NCBI GenBank assembly: GCA_951406725.2
Contig: OX597822.1
Location: 36,394,001-36,458,000 of the forward strand
From: Octopus vulgaris
Lineage: Eukaryota
Direction of reading: 5' to 3'
Length of the DNA: 64,000 nucleotides
The notes below the pieces were generated by a model. The model ran no database searches. It saw nothing but the letters and a program-made list of their open reading frames with translations, and was not told where the DNA came from. This document shows positions 1 through 11,200 of the stretch, one piece after another. The position numbers and the translations under genes were made by a program. Position 1 is the stretch's first letter. Each line of letters begins with the position of its first letter.

Positions 1-309
1 TTTACTTGATATAACACAATACGAAACAGAAATTCAAATAACGAGGAATTGTCGCCTGCGTCATGGTTTGTTTCTGTAATGTCTATATACAATACGTCTT
101 CACGAAACGGTTATTTTGAATGTGAAAAAAAGAATCTATTGATATTATTCAACAAATCTCTCTTTTTTTTTTAACAAAAAAGAAAAATGATAGATGGACG
201 AAGCAAATATTGCAAGGATTTTCACAGTTAAAACTTTATTCAGCGTGTGAATCTTAATTAATATACATGCTTTAGAGAATCTGTGAACTTAGCATTGGCT
301 TAGAACGTC

Positions 310-1311
310 ATGGAGGATTTCAGCATAGAAATAGCAAGGAGATATGCTCGTTTGAAAACGTGTACCGCTAAAAATCACAAATCAGTTCTTAAGCAAAGTG
401 ATCGTTACACTAATATCTACAAGAAGAATAATTTATTTTGGAATTTCAGTAAATTATCGGTCAACTCCTTGCAGACAGATGACGGGAGCCAAACTAAACA
501 AAATCATCCTCAGCTGGAAGGTGTGGTTGTCAATAATAGCTTATCTGATTTTTCGGAAGAAAATGTCAGTTGTTCTTACAATCTCTGTATTAACAGCACT
601 CCAGTGGAAAATGGAAAAAATATTTGTATGGAAAATATATCTTTGTCTCCCATAGGTTTGAAAGAAGTGTCAATCAATCAACAGAATATACGATTTGCTT
701 CTCCCGGTCTTTGCAAGCGTAACCAAATTTCATGCAATGTATCAAAGAAACAGAATAAAAAGGAGAAGTATCTTTCTAGTAGAAAAGAAATATCTGAAAA
801 AGAAAACAAACCTTTATTGACACCAAAACAATATAACAGTCGTTCATGTCGAATACGTAAAATCGATGGTGATGATGGCAGTACTGACATTGGGAATTAT
901 TTTAATATTCGTCGCTCTGAAGAATCTACTTCTAAAGTAACAGAACAGAAAAAAGCTATAAATGTGTCATTTGCTTCAAAATGTAAATTGAAGTCTTCTT
1001 TCAAAAATTGTAACGCGAAAGCTCTGACTCCAAGCAAATCCGTTAGATTCAATGACAAAGTAATTACTTTAACGAATTCATTAAACGACGAATTGATAAT
1101 ATCTGAAGAATCCCTTGATAGTTTCGGTAATGGCAATAGCATAGGCCGAAACAGGAATTCGAGTGGAATCTCAACAAAACTCAAAAGGGAAAACTACGAT
1201 TTTACTAGCCTGAAGAACAAAGGTAAACATAACGTGGACTTGATTGAATGCTTCGTAAATACCAAAAAGAAGAAAATGTGGAATAGGTTTGCACAGTTCT
1301 TCCATTCTTAG
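310..1311 (+). CDS. Intronless (or single large exon) ORF, 333 aa, Ser/Asn/Lys-rich predicted-disordered protein of unknown family
   Basis: A 1-kb open frame is very unlikely by chance in ~1/3 GC DNA. ATG is in a good context (gtcATGG), the region retains CpGs and is repeat-free. No recognisable domain. Confidence 0.65.
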   Translation: MEDFSIEIARRYARLKTCTAKNHKSVLKQSDRYTNIYKKNNLFWNFSKLSVNSLQTDDGSQTKQNHPQLEGVVVNNSLSDFSEENVSCSYNLCINSTPVENGKNICMENISLSPIGLKEVSINQQNIRFASPGLCKRNQISCNVSKKQNKKEKYLSSRKEISEKENKPLLTPKQYNSRSCRIRKIDGDDGSTDIGNYFNIRRSEESTSKVTEQKKAINVSFASKCKLKSSFKNCNAKALTPSKSVRFNDKVITLTNSLNDELIISEESLDSFGNGNSIGRNRNSSGISTKLKRENYDFTSLKNKGKHNVDLIECFVNTKKKKMWNRFAQFFHS

Positions 1312-2743
1312 TTTTAAACCACTTGATTATGTTTAAAGAACAAATCCACCCGCAAAAATGTAGCCTTGTAGGCAAAACGTAAGGCTCACCCAGTTAATTC
1401 CGTACTTGTTTTGAAATCTACAATTAATGAATGAATTAATTAACCAGCAGAATATTCCTTTAACGCACTTAAATCGTTAATTTTAAGCTGCCAAAAATTT
1501 GCTTTCAGCGCGAGCAAGAAAAGGGAATTATTTTCTGAAATCTTGTTAAATATAATTTCGTTGTTATAGTTTCGATTCTTGGTCACCCCTGATGGAACAG
1601 CAGACCTATAATCAATGGAGTTCGATCTTTGACCATCCCTTTTGTTGTTGGTTGTTTTTTTTATTACTTTGCCAGTGGATGGCAAATTTTGGAGGAAATC
1701 TGGCTATTATTTCTCACATGGCATCTTGTCCAAGACGAAATACTAGACAAAATTCGACTTAAAACACCCCACACACACACACATTTTTTAATGGCTTATT
1801 CAAAAGAGAAAGATCAGTGCCTAAGATCTTTTTGTATGGCCTCTGAAAGTGATAAAAAGGAACCAGAAAATGAAACCATAGCTTGTGGGTTTCTGCCTAT
1901 ACTTGCAACAGTGGATACTATTAAAGAAATCCATGGACAAAATAACATGGTGTTGAATCTGGCAGTCCACCACATAAGAAATTGTTTTCTCTTGTTGAGA
2001 ATTGAAATAGGGCTACATAGGTGAAAGCTGGGAATTCTTCCACTAACCCAGTTACACACACAAACATGTTTTTTTGCTCTTTACTCACCTGTCATACTGA
2101 ACTCTGAAGTTGGACATGTATTTTAATTTAAGATTTTACAATCTCTCTTATATTTATCAATTAAAAAAAAGTATTAATAAACCAATATAAATGTTGAATC
2201 TAAAAAAAAAAAAATTAAATTGGAATGTGAACTCAAATCAGAATTTGTTAAAATAAATTAAAGTCTTTTTTTTATCGATTGAAAGTTTAGTTTTCTTCAA
2301 AGTGAATTTCAGTCTATTTTACATTTTTTTTAACAATGTGCTGATTGAATATCAAATGGCAGTGTTTGTAGGAGCTCAATTGGGATATAATTAACCTGAA
2401 GTCACTGAAAACATTGATTTATATTTAGACTTGTTTCTGCTTCCAAGAGAATCTTTTACTTGTTTCAGTCATTTGACTGTGGCCATGCTGGGGCACTACC
2501 TTGAAGAACTTTCAGTTGAATAAATTGACCCCACTACTTTTTCTAAAGCTTGGTACTCATTCTATTGATCCCCTTTGCTGAACTGCTAAGTTATGGGGAT
2601 GTAAACACTCCAACACCTGTTGTCAAGTGGTGGGGGACAAAGAAACATACATATAAATATATGCGATGATGATGGACTCTCCCATCAAAGATGACGCATG
2701 AGCATTCAGCTTTTGCTGAATAACCTGCACAAATGATTTGTTT

Positions 2744-2970
2744 CATCATCGTTTAACGTCCGTTTTCCATGCTAGCATGGGTTGGACGGTTCGACTGGGG
2801 TCTGGGAAGCCAGGAGGCTGTACCAGGCTCCAGTCTGATCTGGCAGTGTCTCTACAGCTGGATGCCCTTCCTAATGCCAACCACTCTATGAGTGTAGTGG
2901 GTGCTTTTTACATGCCAGGGGAGGCTGACAACGGCCACGATCGGTTGGTGGTTTTTACGTGCCACCACTG
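2744..2970 (-). mobile_element. Retroposon with (GAT)n tail (family C)
   Basis: catcatcgtttaacgtcc...gctggatgcccttcctaa; near-identical copy at 53985-54235. Confidence 0.75.
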
Positions 2971-3324
2971 CACATTAGCTCACTCTCTCAATCAAATCAA
3001 CATTGTCTGGACAGGTGCACTGTGTACCACGTGTCAGGTGTCAAAAGTGATCACAGAGTAATGTGAGATAATGTGTTTTGCTCTAGAATACAATGCACCA
3101 CCTGGTCTAGGAATTGAAATCACGATCACTAGATCATGAGTGCAACACCTTAACCACTGGGTCATGCACCCTCATATGTATGTAAGTATGTATGTATGTA
3201 TGTATGTCATTATTCAGTTTATTTCAAGATTTACCAATAAAGAAAGAACTGGTTTCTAACCTAGATCCAAGGCTCTTTCATTGCAATTTCAACATCAACA
3301 ACAGGGTGGTTTTGTTTGTATGTA

Positions 3325-3542
3325 TACTCTTTTACTTGTTTCAATCATTTGACTGTGGCCATGCTGGAGCACCGCCTTTAGTCGAGCAAGTCGACCCCAG
3401 GACTTATTCTTTGTAAGCCTAGTACTTATTCTATCGGTGTCTTTTGACAAACCGCTAAGTTACAGGGGATGTAAACACACCAAGCGATGTTGTGGGGGCA
3501 AACACAGACACACAAACATATACACACACATACATACATACA

Positions 3543-3585
<43 letters not shown>

Positions 3586-3735
3586 GACGGGCTTCTTTTA
3601 GTTTCTGTCTACCAAATCCACTCACAAGGCTTTGGTCAGCCCGAGGCTATAGTAAAAGACACTTGCCCAAGGTGCCACGCAGTGGGACTGAACCCAGAAC
3701 CATGTTGGGAAGCAAGCTTATTACCACACAGCCAC
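3325..3735 (-). mobile_element. Abundant octopus SINE family A (GGCTGTGTGGTAAG head, internal (TA)n/(TG)n, GTAAAAGA tail)
   Basis: Reverse complement of the copies at 8865, 17753, 42655 and 50790. Confidence 0.85.
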
Positions 3736-3763
3736 AAACTACATAAAGTTATTGTAAGCATAT

Positions 3764-3989
3764 TTAACCCTTTTGTTACCGTATTCATTTTGAGATGCTC
3801 TTTCATTCAATTAATTTTAAATATAACAAAGAATTTAATAAAAGAACTTAGTTATCATTAAGCTAGTGTTAGGAACATAAATTGTGACTAAGGTTTGGTG
3901 AAAGATTTTAATTTAATACTTATGAAAACAAGACATTTGTACTACAGAGCCAGAGGCGGTTTTGGCCGGGTTGGTATCAAAAGGGTTAA
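3764..3989. mobile_element. piggyBac-like MITE (TTAA TSD, CCCTTTTG...CAAAAGGG TIRs)
   Basis: TTAA-CCCTTTTGTTACC ... GGTATCAAAAGGG-TTAA; same family at 20389-20596 and 43651-43876. Confidence 0.85.
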
Positions 3990-4370
3990 TACAAGGGCCA
4001 TTGAAACAGTAGCATCTTTGAATTATATATTCCCTGAATAATTCTATTTTCTTATACAAACCAATATCCAGTATTGTACATTTATAATTAGCTCATTATT
4101 GCTATTACTTCAAGTACATTTACATGTGTTGTTTTATGGTGGTAAGCTGGCAGAATCATTAACATGCCAGACAAAATACTTAATGCCATTCTATCCATCT
4201 TTATGAGTTGAGTTCAAATTCATCAGGTTCAAATTTGTCTTTCATCTCTTTCAGGATTCATGAAATATGCACCAGTTGATGTAATCAACTTGACCCCTTC
4301 CACAAAAATTTCAGGCCTTATGCCTGTTGTTCAAAGGACTGGTTCCATACTGGTTTCCACGTTGGTGACT

Positions 4371-5578
4371 CATAAAAATCACCATTTGAGCATGGTCATT
4401 GCCAGTGCCACCTGACTGACTCCTATGCTGGTAACACATAAAAAGCACCATTCGAGTGTGGTCATTGCCAGTGCCTCATGACTAGCTCCCATGTCAATGA
4501 CTGATAAAAATCACCATTTGAGCATGGTCATTGCCAGTGCCACCTGACTGACTCCTATGCTGGTAACACATAAAAAGCACCATTCAAGTGTGGTCATTGC
4601 CAGTGCCTCATGACTAGCTCCCATGTCAATGACTCATAAAAATCACCATTTGAGCATGGTCATTGCCAGTGCCACCTGACTGACTCCTATGCTGGTAACA
4701 CATAAAAAGCACCATTCAAGTGTGGTCATTGCCAGTGCCTCATGACTAGCTCCCATGTCAATGACTCATAAAAATCACCATTTGAGCATGGTCATTGCCA
4801 GTGCCACCTGACTGACTCCTATGCTGGTAACACATAAAAAGCACCATTCGAGTGTGGTCATTGCCAGTGCCTCATGACTAGCTCCCATGTCAATGACTCA
4901 TAAAAATCACCATTTGAGCATGGTCATTGCCAGTGCCACCTGACTGACTCCTATGCTGGTAACACATAAAAAGCACCATTCGAGTGTGGTCATTGCCAGT
5001 GCCTCATGACTAGCTCCCATGTCAATGACTCATAAAAATCACCATTTGAGCATGGTCATTGCCAGTGCCACCTGACTGACTCCTATGCTGGTAACACATA
5101 AAAAGCACCATTCAAGTGTGGTCATTGCCAGTGCCTCATGACTAGCTCCCATGTCAATGACTCATAAAAATCACCATTTGAGCATGGTCATTGCCAGTGC
5201 CACCTGACTGACTCCTATGCTGGTAACACATAAAAAGCACCATTCAAGTGTGGTCATTGCCAGTGCCTCATGACTAGCTCCCATGTCAATGACTCATAAA
5301 AATCACCATTTGAGCATGGTCATTGCCAGTGCCACCTGACTGACTCCTATGCTGGTAACACATAAAAAGCACCATTCGAGTGTGGTCATTGCCAGTGCCT
5401 CATGACTAGCTCCCATGTCAATGACTCATAAAAATCACCATTCGAGCGTGGTCGTTGCCAGTGCTGCCTGACTGACTCCCGTGCCAGTGGAATGTAAAAA
5501 GCACCATTCGAGCATGGTTGTTGCCAGTGCCACCTGACTGGCTCCTGTACTGGTAACACATAAAAAGCACCATTCGAG
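4371..5578 (+). repeat. Tandem array, 132-bp unit (dimer of two diverged ~66-bp subunits), ~9 copies
   Basis: Unit starts at 4371, 4503, 4635, 4767, 4899, 5031, 5163, 5295, 5427; copies are nearly identical; the array runs into a (GAT)n-tailed retroposon-like 3' end at ~5580-5745. Confidence 0.95.
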
Positions 5579-7163
5579 AACATAAAGACATACAATCTTC
5601 TGTGTAAACATATCTGTTGATGGAGAAATATTACCTTATTTGGAAGCCGATGAGGGTTGGCAACAGGAATGATATCCTGCCATAGAAAATTCACCTCAAC
5701 ATATTCTGTCCAACCCATGTGAACATGAAAATGTTAAAATGATGAAATGGAAAAAAAAAAAAATGAAGATGGTGCTGGTGGTAGAGATGTTATTTTTTTT
5801 TTTAATAACATCTTTCTGAGTCTTTGTAGTTTAACTGAAGTATTTGAAACAGTCTTTAGTTGTGCTTGTTTAGATGGTAACTTTATCTGAGATTGTAGGC
5901 AGAAACTAAAACAGCTATATCATGGTAGAGCAGTGTTTTTTAATCTACAAACATTGTAAGCTCACAAGAGAGTGCTGGGTATTTTGAAGTTCATGATTTT
6001 TCATAGAAAAAAAAACATTTAAGCTAGGTATAATGCAATATTTTCAAATAAATTTTTGTTGGAAAGTGAATACAAATAGGACACTATTTTATCAGTGAGT
6101 AGAAATAAGCCTTATGAGTCATGAATTCCTAAATAATTTCCTTATATAAGTCTTTGCCTTCTTCAGTAATATCTATCAAAAATTTAGCATGGCAAGTACT
6201 AGTTCCCACAAATATCTAAAGTGTGTCACAATAAGAAAATGTGCATAATAATGCACTGTGCATTATATATATTTGATAGCTTATATTTGATTAAATAAAT
6301 GTGCATTTGATTTACTTGCAAAACATGAGACAGGTGTTTATAAAATGACATTTAGTGAAAGGGAACAATGAGTTTAGTTTGAAAACTACTGAACTGAATT
6401 TATTTTTGTTGTGAAAAACACACACACCTGTATTTTTGCAGCATTTTATTAACAATGCTATATATTATTACTTCCCAAAGTCCTTTGTTGTACTTGTGAC
6501 ATGTCTATTGATTCTTCACTTCACTTTAACATATTAATCTTCTTTTTTTTTTTGTTATAAATAGGGCATTCACCTATTCAATGCAAAACAGGTTGTTTTG
6601 TGTATTTTTCTTGTAAGAAAGCAATTTGATATGTAAAAAAATACTAAGTTTTTCACAGGCATGGCTGTGTCATTAAAAATATTGCTTCACAACTGCATAG
6701 TTCTTTGTTCAATCTCACTGCATGGAACCTTTGGCTGACCAATACATTGTGAATGGAATTTGGTGGACATATATTATAGAGAAATTCATAGCATGGTTTT
6801 GTGGGATTGTATCATGTTTTCACCCAAAATATAACTGTATTATGTCTGTGATGCACTAATTTATAGCAAGAGCATTTGCAGTCATACAAAACAGTTTATT
6901 TATACTTTAAAATTATTACTTTTCTTCATAGATAATCACAAACATGCTAATTGCATGAAGTAATTATAAACAAATTACTATATTTGATGGCATAAAAGAT
7001 GCATTTGGTAGACAGATATTGTAGAGAAGTTCATAGCATGACTTTGTAGGATTGTACCCCATATGCATATAGAAGCTTTCTTTCCAACCATATGGTCTTG
7101 GGTTCAGTCCCACCGTCACACCTTTAGAATGAATTTGATAGACAGAAACTATAAGAAACCCAT

Positions 7164-7199
<36 letters not shown>

Positions 7200-7204
<5 letters not shown>

Positions 7205-7577
7205 CTCTGTCAGTTACAACGACAAGGGTTCCAGTTGATCCAATCAACAGAACAGCCTGCTCATGAAATTAACGTGCAAGTGGCTGAGCATTCCATAGAC
7301 ACGTGTACCCTTAACATAATTCTTGGGGAGATTCAGCGTGACACAGAGTGTGACAGGTGTGGCCCTTTGAAATCCAGGTACAACAGAAACAGGAAGAAAG
7401 AGTGAGAGAAAGTTGTGGTGAAAGAATACAGCAGAGTTGGCCACCACCCCCTACCGGAGTCTCATGGAATTTTAGGTGTTTTCGCTCAGCAAACACTCAC
7501 AACGTCCAGTCTGGGAATCAAAACTGCAATCCTACGACCACGAGTCCGCTGCCCTAACCACTGGGCCATTGCGCCTC
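7200..7577 (-). mobile_element. tRNA(Arg)-like-headed SINE, different 3' tail
   Basis: Same head and core as the 10800 copy, on the minus strand. Confidence 0.8.
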
Positions 7578-7791
7578 CACACACACACACACATACATAT
7601 ATATATATCAATATTTAGTAGATGTAAAAAAGTGACTCAAGATCTGAGAGTTTCATGTGTTGTGGCAATGCACAAAACTCTTGCACCTTGAGTCACTCTG
7701 TTCTCGTAAATATTAATAAAAATATACATCTACTCATATTTTGAGTTCTATTTTTCCTGTTTGCATCACCACACCTGTCTGTGTGTGTGTG

Positions 7792-7827
<36 letters not shown>

Positions 7828-8864
7828 CACACACCTGCCATCACCCTCAATGTCCTCACATATCCACTGCAACCACGGAGCATCTCCAATATTTCTCTCC
7901 ATCATTTGCTACAGTCACCTCATCCAGCCCCCTCATCAATTCCAAGCCTTTATATCATCTCACCCATTCTCACCACCCCCAATGTTCCGACACATCCTTT
8001 CCATCATCTCCCCTCACCTCTGTCTCTGTCTCTGTCTCTCTCTCTCCCTCTCACTTTTGTTCTCTTTATCTTACTTTCTAATACACTCTCCTTTCTTTTT
8101 CAACTGGGCTATCTCTCCCTCAAGATATCAATATCTGACTGTCTATAACTTTAATTGTTCAACTGGCACAAAGCGCCCCCCCCACACACACACCACTACC
8201 ACCATGCTGATCCTTCCTCCTAACTGAAGGTTTTCTTGTCTTGCAAGGCCCTTGATGATACATATACATATGTGTGTGCGTGTTTGTGTGTATGTATGAT
8301 GATATGTATATATAGAGAGAGAGAGGGGGAGGGGCGAGAGAGAGGGGAGGAGCAAGAGAGAGAGACCGTAAAGTGTCATGGAGGCATGAGAGGTGAATGT
8401 ATTTAATTAATCACTTGAAATTCATAGGAATATGGCTGTTTTACAGGCTTCATCATAAAATAATAATTTCAGTGTATAATTATTTTCTTGTCTGCAGCAA
8501 TGTGTATGCTACACATTGTACAGTACAATTGTACAATTGCAAATCAATGCAGATATAAAAGGCTAGCTCTTCAGATCACCAGAATGCCATGGTTACACAA
8601 ATGCTTCTACATTAAACTCCTCCATATTGGATTACTATGTGGTATGGTAGTGATGTCCACTACAGGATCTTTCAGTGATTGCCACAAGATTTCATAAATC
8701 TATATATTTCACCACAAATTTGTGTGTGTGTGTGTGCGTGTGTAAGGCTGATTTAAGATGCTGAATACTTGGTATGAGCCTGGTATAAAATAGCATAAAT
8801 AGCCAAAACTAAATACTGCGAGGCTTTGTCTCTGACACTCAAAATGATTTTGCCACTTTTAGCA

Positions 8865-9254
8865 GTGTGGTAAGTAGGTTGCTTACCAATCACATGGTTC
8901 CGGGTTCAGTCCCACTGCATGGCACCTTGGTCAAGTGTCTTCTACTATAGCCTCGGGCCAACCAAAGCCTTGTGAGTGGATTTGGTAGACGGAAACTGAA
9001 AGAAGCCTGTCGTATATATAAATACATATATGTATGTGTGTGTGTATGTTTGTGTGTCTGTGTTTGTACCCCCACCGTTGCTTGACAACCGATGCTGGTG
9101 TGTTTACATCCCCGTAATTTAGTGGTTTGGTAAAAGAGACCGATAGAATAAGTACTAGGTTTACAAAAGAATAAGTCCTGGGATCGATTTGCTCAACTAA
9201 AGGCAGTGCTCCAGCATGGCCACAGTCAAATGACTGAAATAAGTAAAAGAGTAA
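8865..9254 (+). mobile_element. SINE family A
   Basis: gtgtggtaagtagg...ggttcagtcccactgc...gactgaaataagtaaaagagt. Confidence 0.85.
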
Positions 9255-10799
9255 AGCACAAACTCAAGTATTGGTAGAAAGGGTTACAGTTAATTAAATA
9301 TCATCACCACCACTTGTCAACATTATGTTGTCACCCTGGGGAGATGAAATGCAAACAGATAGGATATGAACTGTGAATGCAGAGAGAAATGTTATTAACT
9401 GTTGTGAGGTACTTAGTCCCATGGTCTAATTTTTCTGCTTCCCTCTAATTATAATTAGAGGGAATAATTATTAATCATTAAATCTATTTATCTATTTGAT
9501 AAAGAATGAGGTCAACTTGAATGAGTGGTCTAATTGTTTTGATGACCTAGACTTTACAGCTAATGAGCACAAATTTCGGTACATAAGGACTATAACTGAT
9601 ATTAAATATCTTGACACAATGTAACTTAGCACTAAACCAAATTTTTGTAGGAGTGCAGGTCTTTATTGTTGATGAAATCAATTCAGTGCATTATTTGAAC
9701 TGATTTTATTGATTTCAGAGAGGAATAAAACTGATGGTGAGTTTATTAAAGCAGAGAAACTTTTATGATAGTCTGCAATTTTAGGGGCAGGAGATAGCCA
9801 ATTACATCGACTCCCTTCACTCCAATGCTCAACGGGTTCTTATTTGATTGACTACAAAATGGTGACAGACAATGTTGACCATGGTGAAATTTTAACTCAG
9901 AATGTAAAGTATCAGAAGAAATACTGCAAAGAACTATTTTCCTGATGCTCTAAGAATTCTGCCAGCTTGTCACCTTTTATAACAATGCCAAGGTGGAGAG
10001 GAAGAGCTTACCTTCTTGAGTTATGCTGACTCATAAGGGTCAGTTTCCCAGTTTCCATGGCATATAAATTCTCCACCTGGACAGGATGCTAGTCAGTCAC
10101 AGGATTACTCATGTTTGTGGAGCAATGTGAAATGAAGTGTTTTGCTCAAGAACACAATGTGTCACCTAGTCCTGGAATTGAAACCATCATCTTACAATCA
10201 TGACTCTAACACTCTAACCACAAAGCCACAACAAAGGCAAGGCTTCAGAGGCTCAGGAATTCAGAACATAGGAAAATAAAAATACATTCAATAAAGATCT
10301 TTTTCTTCCTTGAACAACCTTAAAAAAATCTTTAGGAATTGCAGTGACAGGAAAAGCAACAAGGGAGACCACACTAAACCAAATTGATGTACTAAATATT
10401 ATTTTCAAATAAAGTGTGGAAAAATATATTTTGTACTTTGTTTTAGTAGATTTGTATGTTTAAGGCATGTTGGGGTCACTAATTTTTAGTAAAGAGACAC
10501 TAAAAATTAGTGATAGCATGAAACTTAATTTTGCTTGCCAGCATACAGGGTATAGCATTCAGAGATATGGTGTAACAGTGTTCTAGGTGAACAGAAGAAA
10601 AGTTTGAGCTACTCGTTATAGGGTTACAAATCCAGAACAAGGTATATGTAGCTTATTAAACATGTAACACTTACTGTTACTGTATATTTTAAAATGTGAG
10701 CAGGATAAATGCTCGAACAGTCCATAAATAGTTATTTAGTTCTTGAGTGCTTCTCCATTAGATGTTGTCCACGTGGTGGAGTTGAGTTCCTACAGCATT

Positions 10800-11200
10800 G
10801 GAGGCGCAATGGCCCAATGGTTAGGGCAGCGGACTCGCGGTCGTAGGATCGCGGTTTCAATTCCCAGACTGGGCGTTGTGTGTGTTTATTGAGCTAAAAT
10901 ACCCAAAGCTCCACGATGCTCCGGCAGGGGGTGGTGGTGACCCCTGTTGCACTCTTTCGCTTCAACTTTATCTCACTCTTTCTTCCTGTTTCTTGTCCCC
11001 GACTTCCTACACAACCGCTGAGCCTGGATGCACATTCATCCATCCGTCGATGCTCTTGGTGTCAGGGATTGACCTGCTTTCTCTTCTGCGGGTCTTACGA
11101 ATAGCAAAGGACCACATTTCGGACTCCTCCCATCTTGCGAGCTCTGGGATGAAGACCATTCATTCAACCGCTCAACAGCAACAGTTCCAACAGCAATATG
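10800..11200 (+). mobile_element. tRNA(Arg)-like-headed SINE (octopus OR-type)
   Basis: GGAGGCGCAATGGCCCAATGGTTAGGGCAGCGGACTCGCGGTCGTAGGATCGCGGTTTCAATTCCC head with A/B boxes; shared core; CAA-rich tail. Confidence 0.8.

Noticed and set aside
1629-2024. 131-aa ORF downstream of the 333-aa ORF
   Set aside because: It has a non-ATG start, crosses a (CA)n tract, and shows no recognisable similarity or convincing splice signals.
3487-3861. ORFs containing [21 protein letters not shown]-type peptides (also at 8890, 42465 and 56381)
   Set aside because: They are translations of SINE family A, not genes.
4371-5578. CRISPR-like array
   Set aside because: There are no unique spacers (whole units are near-identical), the context is eukaryotic and no cas genes are present; it is a tandem repeat.
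7693-8379. Several overlapping 70-150-aa ORFs
   Set aside because: These are products of (TA)/(CA)/(CT) microsatellites and pyrimidine-rich low-complexity sequence (YIYIYI, SLSLSL).
10800-10875. Functional tRNA-Arg gene
   Set aside because: The cloverleaf is imperfect and continues into a repeated SINE core found at other loci in the window.
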